DNA from: Limnohabitans sp. MMS-10A-178
Lineage (GTDB): Bacteria > Pseudomonadota > Gammaproteobacteria > Burkholderiales > Burkholderiaceae_C
DNA length: 32,000 bases
Assembly (NCBI RefSeq): GCF_003063375.1
Contig: NZ_NERY01000004.1
Coordinates: 137,420-169,419, forward strand
Reading direction: 5' to 3'
Numbering within the stretch: position 1 is the stretch's first letter; the number at the start of each line of letters is the position of its first letter. The notes beneath the pieces are model-generated. The model saw nothing but the letters and a program-made list of their open reading frames with translations. It ran no database searches and was not told the DNA's origin. Positions 25,921 through 32,000 of this stretch are shown piece by piece. The position numbers and the translations under genes are program-made.

Positions 25921-27504
25921 ATGATGACTCATTCAATGAAAAACTTAAGGCTGGCGATGTTGTTTTCGCTTGCATATGTATGCGTTGACTGGCTTAGTTT
26001 CATTCATCCAATGGGGCAACTCAACATAACACCTTGGAACCCGCCTGCCGCTGTTCAAGTACTTTTCTTAACTTGGGCGGGATTGCTGTGGGCACCGTGG
26101 GTGTTTATCACAATCGGATTTGCTGATTGGTTAATCCGCGATTCAGTTATCTTTTCTTCATCTGTTTTGATTGGAAATGCGATCTTGATCGGATGCTACG
26201 CAATTATTTCGTATGTATTGATCAAGCTAATGAAAGGTGTTCCAAGACTTCAAAACCGAGTTGAAGTTTTTAAGCTAAGTTTGGTTAGCGTGATTGGTGC
26301 GGCGATAACTGCAATCTTATATGTAGGTTTGCAAACTCTAATTGGCAAATTGGGAAAAGATGATTTCTTAGAGGCAAGTTATCGTTTTTTTGTAGGAGAT
26401 TTATTGGGACTGATAGTTGTACTGCCGTTGGCGCTATTGTTTATAAACCCGTTCAGGCGCGAACAATTCAAACAAATGTTTTTAAGTTATTCGTTTTGGC
26501 TGTTGTTCTTGGGACTTCTAATTTGTGAGTACCTAGTCTTTTCATTGCCAATTGAAATGCAAATGAAGTACTTTTTTCCATTGTTCTTTGTGGTCGGTTT
26601 AATTGGTGCGGCTCACTCTTTGCCTGGTTCTACTTTTGCTGCCGCAGTCGTGCAAGTCCCTTTAGTGATCAGTTTTACGCAAGTGGGTGTGCTGCCCAGT
26701 GATTTGATTGATATGCAAATTGTGATGTTCACGCTGTCAATGACGGGTTTGCTCATTGGAACTGTTGTTGACGAACGATTAAACACGCAAGAAAAGTTGA
26801 AGGAAACTTTGCAACTGGTGGCTGCAGGCGAATTAGCTGGCTCTCTCGCTCACGAATTGCATCAGCCTATGAGTGCGATCAATACCTATGCGGAATCGGC
26901 TTTGCTACTGTCCTCAATTGAGAGCAAAGAAGTCAATCAAAAAAATAAAGACCGATTACGTCAAACACTAGATCAAATCATAAAGGAATCAATTCGTGCA
27001 TCCGAGATTGTCCGAGGATTGAGAAGTTTCTTCATAGGTGGCACATCAAATATCAAAGAAGCGGAAGTTGAGCGGTTGGTGATAGATACAGTTTCGCAGT
27101 TAGAAAATTATGCGCAAAAATTAAGTGTGCAGATCAAGGTTGAAAAGCTCAATGAACCAGTTTCGGTGATGGTTGACATTACTCAAGTGAAAACAGCATT
27201 AGGTAACTTGATCAAAAATGCTATAGAGTCTGCCAACTCAAATGGTGTCGTTGAAGTTATGTTTACATTAGATAAACAACAACGCATTGAAATTAGCATT
27301 TTTGATACTGGTAAAACTCTTGATACTTATGAAAGCGAAATTATTTTTAAGCCCTTCTATAGTGATAAGAAAGACGGCTTAGGTTTGGGTTTGTCCATTA
27401 GTAAATCATTGATTGAAAACAATGATGGATCAATTACATACAGATCAAATCCCAGAAAATGTTTTGTTGTTTCATTACCTACAGGAAACAAAATAGATGT
27501 CTGA
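25921..27504 (+). CDS. sensor histidine kinase with a MASE1-like membrane N-terminal domain
   Basis: About 280 aa of multi-pass membrane domain (IHPMGQLNITPWNPPAAVQV, MASE1-like). H-box LAHELHQPMSAINTYAE, N-box NLIKNAIES, G-box DGLGLGLSISK. Confidence 0.8.
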   Translation: MMTHSMKNLRLAMLFSLAYVCVDWLSFIHPMGQLNITPWNPPAAVQVLFLTWAGLLWAPWVFITIGFADWLIRDSVIFSSSVLIGNAILIGCYAIISYVLIKLMKGVPRLQNRVEVFKLSLVSVIGAAITAILYVGLQTLIGKLGKDDFLEASYRFFVGDLLGLIVVLPLALLFINPFRREQFKQMFLSYSFWLLFLGLLICEYLVFSLPIEMQMKYFFPLFFVVGLIGAAHSLPGSTFAAAVVQVPLVISFTQVGVLPSDLIDMQIVMFTLSMTGLLIGTVVDERLNTQEKLKETLQLVAAGELAGSLAHELHQPMSAINTYAESALLLSSIESKEVNQKNKDRLRQTLDQIIKESIRASEIVRGLRSFFIGGTSNIKEAEVERLVIDTVSQLENYAQKLSVQIKVEKLNEPVSVMVDITQVKTALGNLIKNAIESANSNGVVEVMFTLDKQQRIEISIFDTGKTLDTYESEIIFKPFYSDKKDGLGLGLSISKSLIENNDGSITYRSNPRKCFVVSLPTGNKIDV

Positions 27505-28084
27505 AAACAAACTGATTTGTATTGTTGATGATGATGCATCTGTGCGTGATTCACTGAGCTTGGTGCTTGGATTGAAAGGCTACGACTGCAGGACTTATGA
27601 AAGTGCAGAGTCTTTCCTTTCTAGTTTGCCCAATCGTCCCGCTTGTATCATTTTGGATTTGAAGATGACTGGGATGAGTGGACTTGAATTGCAAAACCGC
27701 TTGCTAAGTCAAAAAGTGCCAGTGCAAATCATTTTTTTAACTGCGTTTGCAGATGTACAAGTGATGCGCGAAGCATTTTTAGGCAATGCAGTGGACTTCT
27801 TAGAAAAGCCATTTGTACTTGAACAGCTTCTGGAATCTATCAATCGCTCATTACACAACTTATCAGCAACTACCGAAACAATTCAACATAATCAAAAATT
27901 GAGTTTGCTGACACCTCGGGAAAAAGAAGTCTTTGATGTTCTTGCCCTAGGAAAAAGCCACCGAGAGATAGGGGAGTTGTTAAAAATTAGCCCAAGAACT
28001 GTTGAGGTTCATAAGGGTAGAGTACTGGAGAAACTTGGTATCAAGACATTAGCTGACATCTTGCGAATTGCCATCAAAACTTGA
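27497..28084 (+). CDS. FixJ/LuxR-family response regulator
   Basis: Receiver domain (IVDDDASVRDSL...ILDLKMTGMSG) plus a LuxR HTH (LTPREKEVFDVLALGKSHREIGELLKISPRTVEVHKGRVLEKLG). It overlaps the kinase gene by 8 nt. Confidence 0.88.
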   Translation: MSENKLICIVDDDASVRDSLSLVLGLKGYDCRTYESAESFLSSLPNRPACIILDLKMTGMSGLELQNRLLSQKVPVQIIFLTAFADVQVMREAFLGNAVDFLEKPFVLEQLLESINRSLHNLSATTETIQHNQKLSLLTPREKEVFDVLALGKSHREIGELLKISPRTVEVHKGRVLEKLGIKTLADILRIAIKT

Positions 28085-28171
28085 TTTGATATAAGGGCAG
28101 CCCGTACGTCATTATCGGATGTACAAACTTGATGAGGTTTTCTATATTGGTGCAACTATTGAAAGTTGCAA

Positions 28172-28345
28172 ATGCCTTCTTCAAATTCCAATCCCACCGC
28201 CATCGGCTTCATAATGTCAGGGGTTTTGGTTCTTGTTGTTTCGTTAGTGGTTCATCTCTTGACTGAAAATCCCACTGGCTTGTATTTTGTGTCGCTAGGA
28301 TTTCTTGTAATTGGTGTTCTGTTAAATTTTGTTGATGACAAATAG
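28172..28345 (+). CDS. possible 57-aa two-helix membrane protein
   Basis: MPSSNSNPTAIGFIMSGVLVLVVSLVVHLLTENPTGLYFVSLGFLVIGVLLNFVDDK. No clear RBS, and it is below the track cutoff. Confidence 0.3.
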   Translation: MPSSNSNPTAIGFIMSGVLVLVVSLVVHLLTENPTGLYFVSLGFLVIGVLLNFVDDK

Positions 28346-28468
28346 TTCAAGTCTTGACTATTTCAATGTAATTCAGATGGACGTTTCGTTTGGATCAACA
28401 AGTTACAAGTAAAGTCAAGTTATCCTGTTCTAAAGATTTATCTTCTTTGTCGTCTTCAAGGATCCAAT

Positions 28469-28663
28469 ATGTTTCAAGTAGTCGTTCAGTCCGCTATGCG
28501 CCTACTGAAATCAAAAAAATTTCGCTTACCTCCACCGCCCACTGATGCTTCAGAAACAGATAAAAAATATGAATCTAAAGACAAAACAGGGCTCATCTTG
28601 ATTCTTATGATTGGTGGCGGAGTATTTTTGATGGCTATGTTCTCAAATCTACCAAGTAACTAA
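28469..28663 (+). CDS. possible 64-aa protein with a C-terminal membrane helix
   Basis: ORF only. Its 3' end overlaps sequence that looks like a decayed tRNA 5' half leading into repeat C2, so it may be fortuitous. Confidence 0.3.
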   Translation: MFQVVVQSAMRLLKSKKFRLPPPPTDASETDKKYESKDKTGLILILMIGGGVFLMAMFSNLPSN

Positions 28664-28822
28664 ATTTTTTTAAGGTTGTATTCTTTTGTTTGGGGTCTAG
28701 GAGGATGCCCACCTATTTTTACCCCCTGCGTAAAAATCGTTGAGTCAGGTTTGAGTTCGGCGGTTCTACCGTGCTCGTGGCTTGGTGTGGAGATCAGGTG
28801 TCGTTTTACACGACAGTTGGTT
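28640..28822 (+). repeat. C2: member of the C repeat family
   Basis: GTTTGGGGTC...GCGTAAAAATCGTTGAGTCAGGTTTGAGTTCGGCGGTTCTACCGTGCT...GTGGAGATCAGGTGTCGTTTTACACGACAGTTGG. The core spans 28688-28822. Confidence 0.85.
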
Positions 28823-28887
28823 TTGGGGTTCGCTTGATACGTCAGGAAAAAGTCAGAAAATAACTTAAAACCTTTTTAAAGGTGTAT

Positions 28888-29202
28888 TTACTTTTTTTGT
28901 TTTCCCAAAAATATAGTGGCGCCGTTTAAGCCTGCGAAAACTTGAAAATGTAAATTAGCAGGGAGTAGGAACTCCTCCTCCAGTTGGAATCTGTAGGTAC
29001 CTGATGCTGTTTGAATTTCTAGATTCCCTGTTAGAACCATTCCTAGAATAATTCGATCTGTGTGCTGTAAGCAAGTGCTTTGAAACGGCTTAAGCGTTCT
29101 CAAATTACCTCTATGAAATCCTCGTTCAATCAAACTTGAACTGTAGTCTGAGATCAGTTTGCTTAAATTGGTTTTTTGTGCAGTCACATCAGCCTCCAGC
29201 AA
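28888..29202 (-). CDS. hypothetical ~100-aa protein, possibly a cupin-like beta-barrel
   Basis: ORF with a TTG start. The beta-strand-rich C-terminus (ILGMVLTGNLEIQTASGTYRFQLEEEFLLPANLHFQVFAG) is cupin-like by eye only. Confidence 0.4.
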   Translation of the reverse strand: MLEADVTAQKTNLSKLISDYSSSLIERGFHRGNLRTLKPFQSTCLQHTDRIILGMVLTGNLEIQTASGTYRFQLEEEFLLPANLHFQVFAGLNGATIFLGKQKK

Positions 29203-29321
29203 GCAGATAAATTTTCTTAGTTCAATTTAGAATTTCGAATAACCATACCTTTTCTTTGCTTTTTAAAATCTAAATATGTCATTTGAATGAACAGAAAATT
29301 AAATTTTTGAATAACACCCAA

Positions 29322-29530
29322 AACTGATCCACCCAAATCGCAGATCCAAGTTGAGTTTTTGAGCAATGATTAGATTCTCAGTACTTTTAAATAAAGGTTG
29401 AAGTCTTTAAGGATGAGCTTCAAAAGGACAAACGTAAAAATCGTTGAGTCAGGTTTAGTTTCTGCGGGTCTACCGTGCTACTGGGTGGAGTGGAGATCAG
29501 GTGTCGTTTTACACGACAGCGGGTGTGTGG
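29322..29530 (+). repeat. C3: member of the C repeat family, including a decayed tRNA-5'-half/promoter-like leader
   Basis: GTACTTTTAAATAAAGGTTGAAGTC aligns with GAACTTTTGAATAAAGTTTGGGACC of the tRNA-upstream repeat. Then follows CGTAAAAATCGTTGAGTCAGGTTTAG...GTGGAGATCAGGTGTCGTTTTACACGACAG. Confidence 0.85.
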
Positions 29531-29616
29531 GTGAACCTAGCAATTGTTCATTGTTGACATCTTCATTTCCAGTGTGGCAATAATAAATGTATGCACACAC
29601 ACGAGGAGATATCGAT

Positions 29617-30240
29617 ATGCAAATTGTTGAATTAATACTATCAAAGGCTCAAACACTCAAAGTTGGTGAAGTGTCATTGATTGATGGCAAGAAGTCCATG
29701 TGTATCAATGTTGATGGTTATTTCGGTGGTGGACAAGGCCCAGTTTGGGCCACTGAAGGCACAAAGATAGTTTTCACCACACTCAACCACTGCTCATTGG
29801 TGGAAGGCATATGTACCAAGGTCTATCCAGATTGCCTCAATGTGACCATAGAACTCACAAAAGCTAACACTTGGGGGAAATATGTCACTGGCACGAAAGT
29901 TCGACTGCACATATCATCCATTCACAGATATCACCTAGCTACAAGTGACACAGAACTATTACTGGAATCTTCAAGAAAACATGCAGCTGAAGTCTTCAAC
30001 AAGAAGGCTTTTCAAAACATCTCACTCAAAGAGATTCATGAAGCCATTGAATCCGAGCATCATCTAAAGGTGAGAGATCGGATTGGCAAAGTAAATTATC
30101 AGTACTTACAGGATGTCATCGGCTTGTACCTACGCATTTCTAAAAAAGTGGGTGCAAAAGATGTTGGCGGTAATCGATCACAGATAGATCAACTTATCAG
30201 TAGATTGCATGATCGAATCAAGGAATTCAAAGCCGATTGA
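29617..30240 (+). CDS. hypothetical 207-aa protein
   Basis: GAGGAG RBS 8 nt before ATG 29617 (the track start 29587 is less likely). No domain recognised. Confidence 0.65.
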   Translation: MQIVELILSKAQTLKVGEVSLIDGKKSMCINVDGYFGGGQGPVWATEGTKIVFTTLNHCSLVEGICTKVYPDCLNVTIELTKANTWGKYVTGTKVRLHISSIHRYHLATSDTELLLESSRKHAAEVFNKKAFQNISLKEIHEAIESEHHLKVRDRIGKVNYQYLQDVIGLYLRISKKVGAKDVGGNRSQIDQLISRLHDRIKEFKAD

Positions 30241-30389
30241 AACTATTGCAATCGCCTTTCAATCATTCAATAGCCTTCCAATTCACTCAAGAATTACATA
30301 CCGTAGGTATGGTTAGCTAATCTTAAGCTGAATTTGACAGACCGACTTATTTCATGGTTTGCTAAAAAAGGAAAAATAACCAAAGGAAC

Positions 30390-31418
30390 GTGTTGACTCA
30401 TATCGAACTTAGCAATTTATCCACTGATGCCGACCGAGCTTTAGGTAGTGTTATGGGAGCACTTATTGGTGACGCTGCAGGCGGCATATTTGAATTCATG
30501 GGTAGGCCACCCACACTTCGAGAAGCTCAAGCAGCTCTTAATTTACCCGGTGGTGGAGTGTTTGACCTCGCTCCAGGACAATTTACCGATGATGGTGAAA
30601 TGACAATGGCTTTGTTAGGGGCAATAGATAAAGGCAAAGGAGCCTACAGACAGGAGCTTGCAGCACATGCTTATTGTGAGTGGGAACAGTCGAACCCATT
30701 CGACATTGGCCTTGCTACAAGGGCTGCATTAAGTGTTCCAAAGGCTGCAATGAGTAATTCCAAATCTCTTGCAAAACTTGTTTGCTCCCAAGCACTTGAA
30801 CACAATTCCGCATCAAAAGCGAATGGTTGCATGATGAGGGCAACTCCACTGGGAATAGCGGCAACAGGGTGCAATATTGAAGAGACTATTGAAATGGTGA
30901 CTTCGGATGTTGTACTCACGCATCCAAACAAAGACTGCATTGATTCAACAGTTGCATATGTACTTGCATTGCGACATTTGATTTTGCATGATGGCGACGA
31001 CGTGGGTGCAATAAAAACTGCAAACAGCTATCTGTCTAGTAACAACCATTCAGTTCTGGGTTGGTTAGACCAAGCGATGGAAGGAAAAATCGATCCAGTT
31101 ACAAAGCAAATTGGTTTCGTAAAGCATGGCTTCACATTGGCATTTCACTTTTTAGCCTATCAATACAGCTACGAAGAAGCAATTGTTCAAACCTTATTAA
31201 AGTCTGGGGATACAGATACAAATGCTTGTATTGTGGGCGGAATGATTGGAGCAAAAATTGGTGCACACAATATTTCAAAACGATCAGTACAAATATTGCT
31301 CAACAATTCAAATAAATCTAGGCCATTGCAGCTTCAAGCTTCAATGCTTACTAAATATTTGAGTTACTTTTATGATTTCAATTTAGAAATTAAAAAGTAC
31401 GCTGCAGTCGTTACTTAA
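30390..31418 (+). CDS. ADP-ribosylglycohydrolase (ARH/DraG) family protein
   Basis: Motifs GALIGDAAGG, QFTDDGEMTMAL and SGDTDTNACIVGGMIGA match the metal-binding signature of the ARH family. GTG start at 30390 after AAAGGAA. Confidence 0.85.
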   Translation: MLTHIELSNLSTDADRALGSVMGALIGDAAGGIFEFMGRPPTLREAQAALNLPGGGVFDLAPGQFTDDGEMTMALLGAIDKGKGAYRQELAAHAYCEWEQSNPFDIGLATRAALSVPKAAMSNSKSLAKLVCSQALEHNSASKANGCMMRATPLGIAATGCNIEETIEMVTSDVVLTHPNKDCIDSTVAYVLALRHLILHDGDDVGAIKTANSYLSSNNHSVLGWLDQAMEGKIDPVTKQIGFVKHGFTLAFHFLAYQYSYEEAIVQTLLKSGDTDTNACIVGGMIGAKIGAHNISKRSVQILLNNSNKSRPLQLQASMLTKYLSYFYDFNLEIKKYAAVVT

Positions 31419-31430
31419 ATGAGGTCACTT

Positions 31431-31958
31431 ATGAAAACAGATCTAGAAAAATATTTTTATCTAATGGCATTTTTATTGATATTTTTTTTTGGTGTCTATT
31501 GGATCAAAGGCTTGGTTGAAAGTTATGAACCACCTAGCGGATTAGTAGTTAACATGCAGGCCGAAATTATTAAAAAAAGTGATAAGCAAAAGGAATTAAG
31601 ACAAGGCGCTAAATTTTGGCAACATCAACTTGATGAAGTCCGTAAGGCAATAAAAGAACCCGAAGAGGTCATTGCCTTGAGTCATCAGTTGAATGAAATT
31701 AAGAACAGAAATTATGAAATAAAAAAATCAATTGAGGCTAGTGTGGAAAAGACGTTAATTGAAAGTGGTCTAAATACACCAGAGGCGCAAAGTCGTAGGG
31801 CGGCTAGAAAAGAAATAGAACGAATAGAGGAAAAGTTAGAAAATTCAGAAACCACTAGTTATCTTCAAAGCAGATATGATGCTGCAATTAAAAGACAACC
31901 AGCGTTGCTGAATCTTGAAGAAATTATTTCTTTAAAATTAAACAACTTCAAAAATTAA
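31431..31958 (+). CDS. membrane-anchored coiled-coil protein
   Basis: An ATG at 31419 abuts the ARH TAA. A second ATG at 31431 has a GAGG RBS 6 nt upstream. One N-terminal TM helix (YFYLMAFLLIFFFGVYWI) is followed by a charged coiled coil. Confidence 0.6.
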   Translation: MKTDLEKYFYLMAFLLIFFFGVYWIKGLVESYEPPSGLVVNMQAEIIKKSDKQKELRQGAKFWQHQLDEVRKAIKEPEEVIALSHQLNEIKNRNYEIKKSIEASVEKTLIESGLNTPEAQSRRAARKEIERIEEKLENSETTSYLQSRYDAAIKRQPALLNLEEIISLKLNNFKN

Positions 31959-32000
31959 ATAAAAAATCTAATAAAGACTTCACCGAAATTTAGGTTCAGG

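Noticed and set aside
28799-28815. Possible vector contamination: GTGTAAAACGAC on the minus strand resembles the M13 -20 primer site
   Set aside because: Only about 11 nt match and the flanks are unrelated. The motif sits in a three-copy native repeat.
15580-28830. C1/C2 as Tn3-family-derived MITEs, because they begin with GGGGTC
   Set aside because: The other end carries no inverted copy. C2 has GGGGTT in direct orientation, and no target-site duplication or transposase is visible.
15545-29530. C repeats as integron attC sites (a cassette array)
   Set aside because: GTTGAGT does fit the GTTRRRY core. However, there is no matching inverse core RYYYAAC at the opposite end and no attC-like overall palindrome. 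No IntI-type integrase is present, and copies are separated by up to 13 kb of non-cassette genes.

Overview
The window has two parts. Positions 1-14,000 are GC-rich core chromosome, probably betaproteobacterial (a guess from the Bug/TctC binding protein and gene style). This part holds an AstE/AspA-family hydrolase, a small secreted K/G/D-rich protein and a membrane-anchored SAM methyltransferase. It also holds an acyl-CoA synthetase interrupted by an in-frame TAG, an aapJQMP-type general amino-acid ABC transporter and ybaK. A minus-strand catabolic block follows (MDR oxidoreductase, intradiol dioxygenase, ICL/PEP-mutase-family lyase, Bug binding protein), then a DMT transporter. A tRNA with anticodon CAT (14008-14084, minus) marks an abrupt switch to AT-rich accessory DNA that runs to the window end. 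An 11.7-kb integrated element (about 14047-25760) is bounded by a 107-bp direct repeat. Unusually, this repeat is the 5' half of the tRNA plus its promoter region, not the 3' end. The element carries two adjacent GNAT genes, a lipoprotein, several orphan proteins, a 187-aa tyrosine recombinase with no N-terminal domain, an XRE regulator and a 451-aa tyrosine integrase. Beyond it lie a MASE1 histidine kinase with a FixJ/LuxR regulator, tiny membrane ORFs, a cupin-like ORF, an orphan 207-aa protein and an ADP-ribosylglycohydrolase coupled to a membrane coiled-coil protein. The most interesting unexplained structure is a family of same-orientation repeats of about 70-210 nt (C0-C3). They are homologous to the region upstream of the tRNA and sit at module boundaries. 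They suggest serial accretion of related elements at this tRNA, or a structured RNA. All calls come from reading the sequence by eye; no database searches were run.
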